Shown here: in pieces, positions 31,816 to 42,177 of the stretch
How positions within the stretch are numbered: position 1 is the stretch's first letter
How the letters are laid out: the number at the start of each line of letters is the position of its first letter
Source of the DNA: Sulfurospirillum sp.
GTDB lineage: Bacteria > Campylobacterota > Campylobacteria > Campylobacterales > Sulfurospirillaceae
Direction of reading: 5' to 3'
Assembly (NCBI GenBank): GCA_045047115.1
Contig: JASFYR010000006.1
Span: 1 to 64,000 of the forward strand
DNA length: 64,000 bases
Notes under the pieces: model-generated
The model's database searches: none
What the model saw: only the letters and a program-made list of their open reading frames with translations
What the model was told of the DNA's origin: nothing
Made by a program: the position numbers and the translations under genes

Positions 31816-32850
31816 ATGAAATTTGCGATACTGTTTGGTGCAAACAGTTTTGAACATGAGATTAGTATAATCAGCGCAATTGCTTTGAAAAAAGTTTTAA
31901 AGAGTGAATTGGTTTATATATTTTGTGACTACAACAGAGATTTTTATCTCATACCGACAGATAAGATAACAGCAAAAAGATTTAGCTCAGGTGAGTACAA
32001 GAGAGATAAAAAACTAGAACTAAAGCAAGGCGGTTTTTTTCAAAAGACACTAATAAGCCAAAAGCGAGTCGAGTTTGACACTCTATTAAATATAATACAT
32101 GGGAGAGACGGAGAAGATGGCACAATCTCTTCACTCCTCTCTTTTTTCAATATACCTTTTATAGGTCCCAGAATTGAAGCAAGTGTTGTAAGTTTTAACA
32201 AACTCCTTACCAAGCTCTATGCCAAAGAGTTTGGGGTAAAAACATTAGATTGTAAAACCTTGCAAAAAAATGCCGGAAGAGATATTGATTTAGCCTACCC
32301 GGTAATTATTAAACCAACAAGACTAGGAAGCTCCATAGGCATCAGTGTGGTAAAAAACAAAGATGAGTTGGACTATGCGCTTGATGTAGCATTTGAGTTT
32401 GATACACAAGTGATTATAGAGCCTTTTATAGAGGGCATCAAAGAGTATAATCTTGCCGGTTGCAAAAGTGACAGATACTGCTTTTCGATCATTGAAGAGC
32501 CACAAAAAGAGGAGTTTTTGGATTTTGATAAAAAATACCTGGATTTTTCAAGAACCAAAAGAGTAAACAAAGCAGATATAAGTATAGAGTTGCAAAAAAA
32601 AATGCAAAAGGCATTTATAAAACTTTATGAGCCATTTTTTACCGGTTCTCTCATAAGATGTGATTTTTTTGTATTTGACAGTGAAGTGTATATAAACGAA
32701 ATCAATCCGGTACCAGGCAGCATGGCAAATTACCTTTTTGATGATTTTGATAAAACCATAAAAGAATTGGCAAATTTTCTTCCAAGTACCACAGTTGTCC
32801 CTCATCTTTACAGGTATATCAATAAAATTAACTCCGCAAAAGGAAAATAA
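31816..32850 (+). CDS. ddl: D-alanine--D-alanine ligase
   Basis: SFEHEIS, HGRDGEDG, GSSIG, NEINPVPG. Confidence 0.95.
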   Translation: MKFAILFGANSFEHEISIISAIALKKVLKSELVYIFCDYNRDFYLIPTDKITAKRFSSGEYKRDKKLELKQGGFFQKTLISQKRVEFDTLLNIIHGRDGEDGTISSLLSFFNIPFIGPRIEASVVSFNKLLTKLYAKEFGVKTLDCKTLQKNAGRDIDLAYPVIIKPTRLGSSIGISVVKNKDELDYALDVAFEFDTQVIIEPFIEGIKEYNLAGCKSDRYCFSIIEEPQKEEFLDFDKKYLDFSRTKRVNKADISIELQKKMQKAFIKLYEPFFTGSLIRCDFFVFDSEVYINEINPVPGSMANYLFDDFDKTIKELANFLPSTTVVPHLYRYINKINSAKGK

Positions 32851-32852
32851 TT

Positions 32853-32880
32853 TGTTATAATACATATAATTTTATGTATT
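32853..32880 (+). promoter_or_regulatory. Extended -10 promoter with overlapping palindrome upstream of the Phd-like gene
   Basis: TGtTATAAT (32853-32861); AATACATA-N6-TATGTATT (32859-32880); RBS GAGG. Confidence 0.55.
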
Positions 32881-32893
32881 TATGAGGTAAAAA

Positions 32894-33109
32894 ATGATTT
32901 CTTATACAAAAGATGAGATAATGACAGCAACTGATGTGGTTAGAAACTTCAGTTCAGTTTTAAAAAGTGTAGCAAAAAAAGAGAAAGAGAAGATAGTGAT
33001 TGTTAAAAACAATAATTTTGATGCTGTGATGATAAGTGTCGATAGATATGAAAAACTCACTGAGGCCATGGAAATATTAGAAAAAATTTACAAAAAGACA
33101 AAAAAGTAA
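32894..33109 (+). CDS. Phd/YefM-family antitoxin-like protein (no cognate toxin in window)
   Basis: 'IMTATDVVRNFSSVLKSV..EKIVIVKNN..AVMISVDRYEKL' matches the Phd/YefM N-terminal pattern. Confidence 0.8.
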   Translation: MISYTKDEIMTATDVVRNFSSVLKSVAKKEKEKIVIVKNNNFDAVMISVDRYEKLTEAMEILEKIYKKTKK

Positions 33110-33834
33110 TGGCTCTAAAAGAGATAGGATATAAGAGTACAAGATACAATATAAGCTATGAAATACATAATAAAAACAGATCAGACACACTTATCTTTTT
33201 ACACGGATGGGGCAGTAACAAGGAGATAATGAGAGATAGTTTTGCAAAATATCTTGGTGATTTTCGGTTGCTTTTTATTGATTTACCCGGTTTTGGAAAC
33301 TCCAGCATCCATACTGCCCTGGAAACCAAAGAGTATGCAGATATAATAGATATATTTTTAAAGACTCTTCAAGTTGAAAAGAGAATTATCTTTGGACACT
33401 CTTTTGGGGGGAAAGTTGCCGCTTTGTTAAATCCTGATATTTTAGTACTTCTTGGTACTGCCGGTATTTTAAATAAAAAGAGTTTAAAAACCAGATTAAA
33501 AATCAAAATTTTCAAACTGTTACACCCTCTATTCGGTAAAAACCTGTATAAATTTTTTGCTACAAAAGATGTGGATGGCTTGAGTAGAATTATGTATGAA
33601 ACACTGAAAAAAGTGGTAGATGAGGATTTTAGCGGTATATTTGCCAATTTTGAAAACAGGGCTTTTGTATACTGGGGAGAAGATGACAAAGCTGTTCCGC
33701 TAAGCAATGCCTATAAAATAGACACTCTTATAGCTGATAGCAGATTGAGGATTTACGATGGTGGGCATTTTTTCTTTTTAGATAATGCTAAGCAAATTTG
33801 TCAAAATTTTAGAGAGGATTTAAAACAGAGATGA
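33109..33834 (+). CDS. Alpha/beta hydrolase
   Basis: LHGWG, DLPGFG, GHSFGG nucleophile elbow, GEDD, GHF. Confidence 0.9.
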   Translation: MALKEIGYKSTRYNISYEIHNKNRSDTLIFLHGWGSNKEIMRDSFAKYLGDFRLLFIDLPGFGNSSIHTALETKEYADIIDIFLKTLQVEKRIIFGHSFGGKVAALLNPDILVLLGTAGILNKKSLKTRLKIKIFKLLHPLFGKNLYKFFATKDVDGLSRIMYETLKKVVDEDFSGIFANFENRAFVYWGEDDKAVPLSNAYKIDTLIADSRLRIYDGGHFFFLDNAKQICQNFREDLKQR

Positions 33835-35267
33835 TAGAATATTTTTATCTATTTACACATGTTGTTTTTATACTGGTTTTGGGCTACTATTTTATCAGTG
33901 CTATGCAATGGTATAGCTATAGATTGCAAAGGGTATTGTTTCATTTTAACAGATATGATTGGCATCTCTACTTCTTTTTTATCCCTATTTTTGTATATTA
34001 TTTAAGTGGTCTGTATTTTCTTCTGTATTTTTACATTCTTTTACTGCCAACTCTTTTTTTATGGTATAGAAAATTGGACAAAAAGCTGGTGTTTACACTT
34101 CGCGTTAAAAGGTTTTTTGGTTTTTTGGTTTTAGCAGCCATCTTTCAAGATACTTTATGCCTTTTAAGCCCAAACTGTAAACTCTTTGGTGTCATTTTAC
34201 CTCTATTTTTCTCCTATCTTGCAAGTTATCTGTATGAGAAGATACTCTTTTATGATTTCAAAAAAAGAGCAAATAAAAATCTAAATGCAAATAAAAATCT
34301 AAAAATCATAGCTATCACTGCAAGTTATGGGAAAACCAGCATAAAAAACTTTTTATATGAAGTACTATCTTCCAAATACAGAGTTTATAAAACTCCAAGA
34401 AGCGTTAATACCCTTGGTGGAATCATAAAAGATATAAATGATAATTTAAGTGATGATATTGATTTTTATATCGTAGAAGCCGGAGCGAGACAAAGCGGTG
34501 ATATAGATGAAATAGCAAGATTTATCAATCCTCACATAGCTATAGTGGGAGAGATTGGAGAGCAACATATTGAGTACTTTAAAAATCTGGAAAATATACG
34601 AAATACCAAGATGGAGCTTCTAAATTCAAATAGATTGGAGATCGCATTTGTGCATATAAGTACAAATGTAAAAAAAGATAAAAATATAGTGATATACGGA
34701 GATGATATCAAGAATTTAAATGCTAATTTAGATGGTATAGATTTTACAATTCCGCTAGATGGAAAAGATGAAATTTTTCACACGAAACTACTTGGTTCTT
34801 TTAATGCAAATAATCTTGAAGTTGTTATACTTGTGTGCGCACATCTTAGGATAAAAATGGAAGATATAAAAAAGAGAATAGAGCAGATAAAAGGAGTTGA
34901 ACACAGACTTCAGAAGATAGAAGCCAACGGAAAAATTATCATTGATGACAGTTTCAATGGAAATCTGCAAGGCATGCTTGGCTCTTATGATCTGGTCTCA
35001 AACTATAGTGGAAGGCGCATTGTCGTGACTCCTGGCATCATAGAGAGCAGCAGCGAGGCAAACATAGAACTCGCAAAAAAGATAGATGATGTTTTTGATT
35101 TGGTTATCATAACAGGCAAAACAAATCAAAAGATTTTAGAGTTAAATATCAATAAAACTCAAAAAGTAGTGCTTAAAAACAAAGAGAAACTCCAATCCAC
35201 TTTGGCAAGCCATACATCAAGCGGAGATTTGATACTTTTTTCAAATGACGCTCCTACCTTTATGTAA
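33831..35267 (+). CDS. murF: UDP-MurNAc-tripeptide--D-Ala-D-Ala ligase (MurF) with N-terminal membrane domain
   Basis: ITASYGKTS P-loop, VEAGA, DDSFNGN; ddl neighbourhood. Confidence 0.85.
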   Translation: MIEYFYLFTHVVFILVLGYYFISAMQWYSYRLQRVLFHFNRYDWHLYFFFIPIFVYYLSGLYFLLYFYILLLPTLFLWYRKLDKKLVFTLRVKRFFGFLVLAAIFQDTLCLLSPNCKLFGVILPLFFSYLASYLYEKILFYDFKKRANKNLNANKNLKIIAITASYGKTSIKNFLYEVLSSKYRVYKTPRSVNTLGGIIKDINDNLSDDIDFYIVEAGARQSGDIDEIARFINPHIAIVGEIGEQHIEYFKNLENIRNTKMELLNSNRLEIAFVHISTNVKKDKNIVIYGDDIKNLNANLDGIDFTIPLDGKDEIFHTKLLGSFNANNLEVVILVCAHLRIKMEDIKKRIEQIKGVEHRLQKIEANGKIIIDDSFNGNLQGMLGSYDLVSNYSGRRIVVTPGIIESSSEANIELAKKIDDVFDLVIITGKTNQKILELNINKTQKVVLKNKEKLQSTLASHTSSGDLILFSNDAPTFM

Positions 35268-35354
35268 AAATTTAATTTTAAAATTTTGCATATTTTTTAT
35301 TATAACTTTGTTATATTGTCGTGGTATGATTAGCTAAAAAATTAAGGGGAATAT

Positions 35355-37448
35355 ATGAAATCGGACAGTCTTTATATCTCATCATTGGAACCGGCAACCG
35401 GCAGCTTGATAATCACGATGGGAATTATGGAACTTTTAAAAGGAAAATTAGGGAAAGTTGCTTTTTTTAGACCCGTTATTGATGATGTTGGAGAAAGAGA
35501 TCACGATATATCTTTTGTTTTGGAAAAATATTCTTTGGACATGTCTTATGAGGATACTTATGGTTTTGACACACATGAAGTGGAAAAACTCATGGCAGAA
35601 AACAAATTTAACTATTTTATAGAGTCCCTGCTTGAAAAGTTCAAAAAACTTGAGAAAGAGTATGATTTTGTTGTTGTAGAGGGATTGCATAACTCTTCAT
35701 TCTCGCATACCTTGGATTTTGATATAAATCTCGCTATCGCACAAAACCTCGGTACTCCATATATCAGTATTTTAAAAGGAAAAAACAAGAGTGCCGTAGA
35801 GATTTTTGATGAGATTTCCATAGAGACAGACTCAATCAAAAATGCAGGATGCACCCATATAGCTACTTTTGTAAACAGAATAGACCCAAAAATCATAAAT
35901 GAGCTAAGAGGCAATCTTCTGGCTTTAGATACGAAAGAGACGCCTGTATATCTACTTGAAGAGGTAACAGAGTTAGACACCCCAACAGTTGCAGAGATAA
36001 AGAAAAATCTAGGATGCATACAGATATTAGGCGAAGAAAAAGATTTAAGAAGAGTTGTTAGGCAAAGTAAAATTGCTGCTATGAAACTTGAAAATTTTCT
36101 AGAGTATCTTGAAGATGGTGATTTGATTATAGTTCCAGGAGATAGATCAGATATCATTATCGGCTCTCTGAGTTCAGTTTTTTCGAAAAATTTCCCAACA
36201 ATTTCAGGCATATTACTAACAGGTGGTCTTTTGCCTCACAAATCCGTAAAACAGTTGTTTGGTGGATTTGACAAATGCACCATGCCGATTTTAAGTGTTG
36301 AAGAAGACACATATACAACTGCCATGAAAGTCAAAGATGTGCCGGCTACGATAACACCTCAAAGCGATAGAAAAATTGCACTTGCCATGGGTCTTTTCTC
36401 GTCCAATGTTGACACAAACTATCTTGGAAACAAAATAGTTTCCGACATTATCAGCGATACTATCACTCCCATAATGTTTGAATTTGGTCTTTTTGAAAGA
36501 GCTAGATCAAATAAGAAAAAGATAGTACTTCCGGAAAGCGATGATGAGAGAATCTTGCGAGCCACTGAGATATTGCTAAGAAGAGATGTTGCACAAATCA
36601 TACTGCTCGGAGATGAAAGAAATATTTTGGAAAAGAGTAGAACTCTAGGCATAGATATATCCAAAGCAACTTTTATAAACCCAAAAACATCACCTTTAAT
36701 GGACAAGTATGTAAATATCTTTTATGAACTTAGAAAGAAAAAAGGCTTAACCCTTGAAGTTGCCAGACAATCACTTGAGCTAGATAGTTATTTTGCAACC
36801 ATGATGGTTCATTGTGGTGATGCAGACGGTATGGTTTCTGGTGCGGTTCACACCACGCAAGACACCATACGGCCAGCTTTGCAAATCATAAAAACAAAAC
36901 CGAACATATCTATAGTCTCAAGTGTATTTTTCATGTGTTTGGATACTAAGGTTTTAGTTTACGGAGATTGTGCTGTAAACCAAGACCCAAATGCCCAACA
37001 GTTAGCCCAAATAGCTATGACCTCGTCCCAAACCGCAAAGGTATTTGGAATAGAGCCGAGAGTTGCGATGCTCTCTTACTCCACAGGAGACTCAGGAAAA
37101 GGAGATGATGTTGAAAAAGTCAGGGTTGCTGCAAAGATTGTAAAAGAGGAGATGCCGGATCTTTTAGTTGAAGGTCCAATTCAGTATGATGCCGCCATAG
37201 ATGAAAAAGTGGCAAAAACAAAACTTCCAAACTCCAAAGTTGCCGGAAAAGCAACAGTATTTATCTTCCCCGATCTCAATACAGGAAACAATACCTATAA
37301 AGCAGTACAGAGAAGTTCGGGTGCTATAGCTATAGGTCCGGTTTTGCAAGGTCTGAATAAACCGGTAAATGACTTAAGTCGAGGTTGTTTGGTAACTGAT
37401 ATAGTAAATACCGTAGCCATCACTGCCATACAAGCTCAAGGAGAGTAA
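35355..37448 (+). CDS. pta: Phosphate acetyltransferase (long form with DRTGG domain)
   Basis: PGDRSD, VLPESDDER, GPIQYDAA, DLSRG; followed by ackA. Confidence 0.95.
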   Translation: MKSDSLYISSLEPATGSLIITMGIMELLKGKLGKVAFFRPVIDDVGERDHDISFVLEKYSLDMSYEDTYGFDTHEVEKLMAENKFNYFIESLLEKFKKLEKEYDFVVVEGLHNSSFSHTLDFDINLAIAQNLGTPYISILKGKNKSAVEIFDEISIETDSIKNAGCTHIATFVNRIDPKIINELRGNLLALDTKETPVYLLEEVTELDTPTVAEIKKNLGCIQILGEEKDLRRVVRQSKIAAMKLENFLEYLEDGDLIIVPGDRSDIIIGSLSSVFSKNFPTISGILLTGGLLPHKSVKQLFGGFDKCTMPILSVEEDTYTTAMKVKDVPATITPQSDRKIALAMGLFSSNVDTNYLGNKIVSDIISDTITPIMFEFGLFERARSNKKKIVLPESDDERILRATEILLRRDVAQIILLGDERNILEKSRTLGIDISKATFINPKTSPLMDKYVNIFYELRKKKGLTLEVARQSLELDSYFATMMVHCGDADGMVSGAVHTTQDTIRPALQIIKTKPNISIVSSVFFMCLDTKVLVYGDCAVNQDPNAQQLAQIAMTSSQTAKVFGIEPRVAMLSYSTGDSGKGDDVEKVRVAAKIVKEEMPDLLVEGPIQYDAAIDEKVAKTKLPNSKVAGKATVFIFPDLNTGNNTYKAVQRSSGAIAIGPVLQGLNKPVNDLSRGCLVTDIVNTVAITAIQAQGE

Positions 37449-37451
37449 GAT

Positions 37452-38633
37452 ATGAAGATTTTAGTACTAAACAGCGGAAGCTCGTCTATAAAATTCCAAC
37501 TTTTTAATGCTCGGACAAATGAATCTCTTGTATCAGGCATCATAGAGCAGATAGGAGAAAAAATCTCTCATGCAAAGATAAAATTTGATGGAATTGTATT
37601 GGAGAAAAATATAGCCATACCAGACCACAAAAAAGGTTTGGAGATTATGAATTCACTTTTGATAGAATCAAAAGTTATAAAAGACCTGTGTGAACTCGAC
37701 GGCATAGGTCATAGAGTTGTTCACGGCGGAGAGGAATTTTCAAAGCCTACTATTATAAATAAAAGCGTCATAAACCAGATAGAAAAACTGATACCTCTAG
37801 CTCCACTTCACAATCCTGCAAATCTTGAAGGCATCAAAAGTTCTATTGAACACTGCCCAAATGTTCCTCAGGTTGCTGTATTTGATACTGCTTTTCACTC
37901 AAGTATACCGCCTCACGCCTATATGTACGCTCTCCCCTATGAGACCTACAAAAAAGACGGGGTGAGAAGATATGGTTTTCATGGTACATCTCACCATTTT
38001 ATAGCAAAAGAGGCAGCAAAATACCTCGATATTGACACAGATAAACTAAATGCCATAACTCTTCACCTGGGAAATGGTGCAAGCATGAGTGCTGTTAAAA
38101 ATGGAAAAAGCATAGACACTTCCATGGGACTGACTCCTCTTGAGGGATTAATCATGGGTACAAGATCTGGAGATATAGACCCAGCTATTATATTTTATCT
38201 CGCAAGAGTTGAGGGGATGGATATAGATAAACTTGACAATATGCTAAACAAAAAGAGCGGACTTAAAGGGATTTGCGGTAATAATGACATGAGAGAAGTT
38301 GGAGAGATGGCAAAAGAGGGTGATGAAAAAGCAAAACTTGCACTGGAAATGTTTAGCTATAGAATTAAAAAATATATAGGTTCATACTCTGCGGTTTTAG
38401 GCAGAGTTGATTGCCTGATCTTCACGGGTGGTATTGGTGAAAATGATATCGATGTTAGGAAAAACAGTTGTTCAAGTCTTGAAAATTTAGGCATTTCTCT
38501 TGATTTGGAAGCAAATAACCAAAGAGCGAAGGAGATATTAGAGATAAACAAAAAAGATAGCAAAGTAAAAGTTTTGGTGATTCCCACAAACGAAGAGTTG
38601 GAGATTGCTTTGCAGGTTAAATCATTGATATAG
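37452..38633 (+). CDS. ackA: Acetate kinase
   Basis: NSGSSSIK, GHRVVHGG, HLGNGAS, GTRSGD, PTNEE. Confidence 0.97.
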   Translation: MKILVLNSGSSSIKFQLFNARTNESLVSGIIEQIGEKISHAKIKFDGIVLEKNIAIPDHKKGLEIMNSLLIESKVIKDLCELDGIGHRVVHGGEEFSKPTIINKSVINQIEKLIPLAPLHNPANLEGIKSSIEHCPNVPQVAVFDTAFHSSIPPHAYMYALPYETYKKDGVRRYGFHGTSHHFIAKEAAKYLDIDTDKLNAITLHLGNGASMSAVKNGKSIDTSMGLTPLEGLIMGTRSGDIDPAIIFYLARVEGMDIDKLDNMLNKKSGLKGICGNNDMREVGEMAKEGDEKAKLALEMFSYRIKKYIGSYSAVLGRVDCLIFTGGIGENDIDVRKNSCSSLENLGISLDLEANNQRAKEILEINKKDSKVKVLVIPTNEELEIALQVKSLI

Positions 38634-38638
38634 AATTG

Positions 38639-38866
38639 ATGGATAAAATATTTACAAAAAAAAGAATTAAAAAGCTAATTTTCTATCTAATTTGGACTTT
38701 GATACTGCTTTACCTTTATAGTGATTTTGCCAAGATGAAGCCATTTGCCAAAGATTCTGCTTTTTCAAGGAACAGTTGCAAAAGCAAAGATACAAAAACT
38801 CATATACCTATAAGATACAGAGGATTTTCAAAGGATAATTCTCTATATGATTTTGGCAACCCTTAA
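38639..38866 (+). CDS. Small hypothetical single-TM protein
   Basis: Basic N-terminus then LIFYLIWTLILLYLY; fills the ackA-ltaE gap. Confidence 0.45.
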   Translation: MDKIFTKKRIKKLIFYLIWTLILLYLYSDFAKMKPFAKDSAFSRNSCKSKDTKTHIPIRYRGFSKDNSLYDFGNP

Positions 38867-39889
38867 CTCTGCGATAGACTTTATAAACTCGTCAACAGTA
38901 CTCTCTTTTGTAGCCCAAGATGTTACGAGTCTAATCGCTGAACTTTTTTCATCTATATTTTTCCAGATATAAAAACCATATGATTTTTCAAGTTCTTTGA
39001 TTAAAGTATTTGGCAAAATTGGAAAGATCTGATTTGTTTGTGATTTGCATAAAAAAGAAAATCCACTCTTTTGTATAAATTTTGCAATCTTATCAGCCAT
39101 AAGATTTGCGTGATTTGCCAAGTCAAAAAAGAGGTTGTCGGCAAAAAGTGTCATAAATTGCACTCCTAAAACTCTGCCTTTTGACATCAGTGCTCCCTTT
39201 TGCTTTAGATTGTATGCGAAATCTCTCTTTAAACTCTCATTGTTTATCACGATAGCTTCACCTAGGAGTGCTCCGTTTTTTGTTCCGCCTATATAGAAAA
39301 TATCAAGCAGTTTTGATAAATCTTGCAAAGTCAGATCATTATATTTTGAACTCAAAGCTGATCCGAGCCTCGCACCATCCATAAAAAGGTACAAATCATT
39401 TGAGCAACAAAAATCTGACAGTTTTTCCAACTCATCCTTTTTATAAACAGTCCCAAGCTCAGTTGAGTTGGAGATATACACCATCTTCGGTTTTACTACA
39501 TGTGGAGCTTCTTTATGCTCACTAAGTACCTTTTGTATATCTTCAACGCTTATCTTACCGTCGTCGCTTTTTATGCTGTTTATCTTGTGTCCTACTGCCT
39601 CTATGGCTCCTGCTTCATGTATATTGATATGCCCGCTGTCAGCCGATATAACTGACTCATATGACCTCAAAGCTGAAGAGATAACTATAAGATTCGCCTG
39701 AGTACCTCCGGAGACAAGATGTACATCTGAGTTTTCATTCCCTATTTTTGCCCAAATCAACTTTTTTGCTTCTTTAGTATAAAAATCATCCCCGTAACCA
39801 TCTTGAGACTCAAAATTTGACTGCACCAGAGCTTCAAGAATTTTTGGATGACACCCCTCGCTGTAATCATTTTTAAAACTGTATTTCAT
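38843..39889 (-). CDS. ltaE: Low-specificity L-threonine aldolase
   Basis: FKNDYSEG, GGTQAN, HEAGA, MDGARL, GGTKNG PLP Lys, RLVTSW. Confidence 0.88.
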   Translation of the reverse strand: MKYSFKNDYSEGCHPKILEALVQSNFESQDGYGDDFYTKEAKKLIWAKIGNENSDVHLVSGGTQANLIVISSALRSYESVISADSGHINIHEAGAIEAVGHKINSIKSDDGKISVEDIQKVLSEHKEAPHVVKPKMVYISNSTELGTVYKKDELEKLSDFCCSNDLYLFMDGARLGSALSSKYNDLTLQDLSKLLDIFYIGGTKNGALLGEAIVINNESLKRDFAYNLKQKGALMSKGRVLGVQFMTLFADNLFFDLANHANLMADKIAKFIQKSGFSFLCKSQTNQIFPILPNTLIKELEKSYGFYIWKNIDEKSSAIRLVTSWATKESTVDEFIKSIAELRVAKII

Positions 39890-39965
39890 ATTTTTACCTC
39901 AATAAAATTATAGCCAAAATTATAGAAAGATTATTGTATAATTCAAACAAAAAACTGGATAACAC

Positions 39966-41471
39966 ATGCTTTTTAGTGAAAAAAATATATCTAAACTCAT
40001 CATCTTGACGCCGATTTTTACTATTATCTTATTGACTTCTTTTGTGACATCTTTTTTGATTAATTCTCAAAACAGCTACTTTAAAGAGCAGAGTAAGACA
40101 CTTGAGAATAGGTATATATTGAAGCAAAAGGCACTTTTGGTCTCACAGGTCAATCGTGTTATTGATTATATCGATTATCATAGGATGAAACTATCAAATA
40201 TAAGCGAAAAAAAGCTTAAAAAGATACTGACTGATTATATAGATACTATTCGCTATGGCGATAATGGTTATATCTGGATACACAATACCGACTACTATCT
40301 TATCTCTCACCCGTTTAGAAAAAAAAGTATAGGCAAATACGATATAAATCTAAAAGACGAATCAGGCAAATTTATAACGAGAGCTTTTATAAATATAGCT
40401 GTTAAAAATCCTGATGGTGGATTTTTGGAGTATTATTGGCGAAAACCAAATGAGAAAGAGGCAACAAAAAAGCTGGGTTTTGTCAAACTTTATGCTCCAT
40501 GGAAGTGGGTCATAGGTTCGGGTTTATACATGGATGATATATCGAGATCTATAAAAGAGGAGAGGACTCTTTTGCAAGATAGGATAAATAAGCAGATTCA
40601 AACTATCATCTTGATAGCACTTTCTTTTATGTTTCTAATTGGAATTTTATCTTTTTTCATCTCTAAAAACATTATAAATGCTCTAAACTCATACAAACAA
40701 AAGGTAGATGAAAATGAGGCAACTTTAAAGACAAAAATTGCGAATGCAATAGAGGAGTCACAAAAAAAAGACAGGGCACTTTTTTATCAATCAAGACTTG
40801 CCCAAATGGGCGAAATGCTAAGTATGATAGCTCACCAATGGAAACAACCACTAAGCGAAATAAGTGGTATATTTATGGAGATGGGGACTGCTTACAGGTT
40901 TAAAAAGCTTGATAGCAAATACATGCTTGAGTGTGCAAAAGACGGTGATAGAATCACAAATTTTATGAGTAGAACCATAGAGGATTTTAGAAACTTTTTC
41001 AAACCTGATAAAAAGAAAAAAAGATTTAGCATAAACTCTGCTATCGATGAGGCGATGACACTCATGGGTGCTACTATCTCTAGCTCAAACATACAGGTAC
41101 AAAGAGTTGAGGAGCAGATATTCACCTTTGGACATCCCAATGAATTTGCTCAGGTGATTTTAAATATCTTTTTAAATGCAAGAGATATTTTAGTTGCAAG
41201 AGAGATTAAAAATCCAACCATCTCTCTTAAAATTTATAAAAAAGATACTAAATCCTATCTTGAGATAAGCGATAATGCCGGTGGAGTAAATCCTGATATA
41301 ATCAGCAAGATATTTGAGCCATATTTTAGCACCAAAGAGAGGGTAGATGGAATAGGATTGGGGCTGTATATGTCTAAAATGATTATCGAGAAGAGTATGA
41401 GCGGAAGATTATGGGTAGAAAATACAAAGTCTGGAGCAAGATTTACGATAGAGGTGCAAAATGTTAAATAG
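39966..41471 (+). CDS. Sensor histidine kinase with periplasmic single-Cache domain
   Basis: TM - GYIWI...HP...YYWRKP...KLGFV...WKWVIGSGLY (sCache_2-like) - TM - IAHQWKQPL H-box, N, DNAGG, FEPYFSTK, GIGLGL. Confidence 0.93.
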   Translation: MLFSEKNISKLIILTPIFTIILLTSFVTSFLINSQNSYFKEQSKTLENRYILKQKALLVSQVNRVIDYIDYHRMKLSNISEKKLKKILTDYIDTIRYGDNGYIWIHNTDYYLISHPFRKKSIGKYDINLKDESGKFITRAFINIAVKNPDGGFLEYYWRKPNEKEATKKLGFVKLYAPWKWVIGSGLYMDDISRSIKEERTLLQDRINKQIQTIILIALSFMFLIGILSFFISKNIINALNSYKQKVDENEATLKTKIANAIEESQKKDRALFYQSRLAQMGEMLSMIAHQWKQPLSEISGIFMEMGTAYRFKKLDSKYMLECAKDGDRITNFMSRTIEDFRNFFKPDKKKKRFSINSAIDEAMTLMGATISSSNIQVQRVEEQIFTFGHPNEFAQVILNIFLNARDILVAREIKNPTISLKIYKKDTKSYLEISDNAGGVNPDIISKIFEPYFSTKERVDGIGLGLYMSKMIIEKSMSGRLWVENTKSGARFTIEVQNVK

Positions 41472-42129
41472 ATTGAAAAAATTAAATATTCTATGTGTGG
41501 AGGATAATGCTGGTGTAAGAAAGCGGTTGAAAAACACTCTGAATTTCTACTTCAAAGAGGTAATAGAAGCAAATGACGGCAAAGAAGCATACAAAATATA
41601 CAAGCAATCAAAACCAGATGCTATCATCACTGATATAGATATGCCAAATATGAATGGGGTATCTTTGGTAAAAAAAATAAGAGAAAAGGATAGTGATATA
41701 CCACTTATAATTCTTACTGCCTACAGTAATGAAGAGTATCTGCTCGAGTTGATAAATCTAAAAGTAAACCACTTTATACTCAAACCCATAAATGCGCAAA
41801 AACTCCAAACAGCTCTGGAAGATGTTTTTACTGAAGAGATGGATATAATTGCTATAAGTAAAGATTTAAGTATAGATTTTAACTCTATGCAAATTTTATG
41901 TAAAAATAATACAATTAGAATCACAAACAGAGAAAAACTTTTTTTAAAGTTACTTTATAAAAATAGAAAAAATGTCACAACATATCAAAATATCCAGGAT
42001 GATGTCTGGCAAAATGATATCATGAGTCAAAGTGCTTTGAAAACATTTATAAAAGTTTTAAGAAAAAAAATTCCCACAGAAATTATAGAAAATATCTCGC
42101 AAGTTGGATATAGGTTTTGTAACTTTTAG
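41461..42129 (+). CDS. OmpR-family response regulator
   Basis: VED, ITDIDMP, LTA, KP receiver; winged-helix C-terminus ending VGYR. Confidence 0.93.
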   Translation: MLNRLKKLNILCVEDNAGVRKRLKNTLNFYFKEVIEANDGKEAYKIYKQSKPDAIITDIDMPNMNGVSLVKKIREKDSDIPLIILTAYSNEEYLLELINLKVNHFILKPINAQKLQTALEDVFTEEMDIIAISKDLSIDFNSMQILCKNNTIRITNREKLFLKLLYKNRKNVTTYQNIQDDVWQNDIMSQSALKTFIKVLRKKIPTEIIENISQVGYRFCNF

Positions 42130-42177
42130 TTACATGTAGAGCTATTTTTTGATTTTTTTCATATATTTACTCAAATC

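Noticed and set aside
33400..33412. G-run in the hydrolase gene as a phase-variable tract
   Set aside because: Only about 6 G, encodes the conserved GHSFGG motif, frame intact
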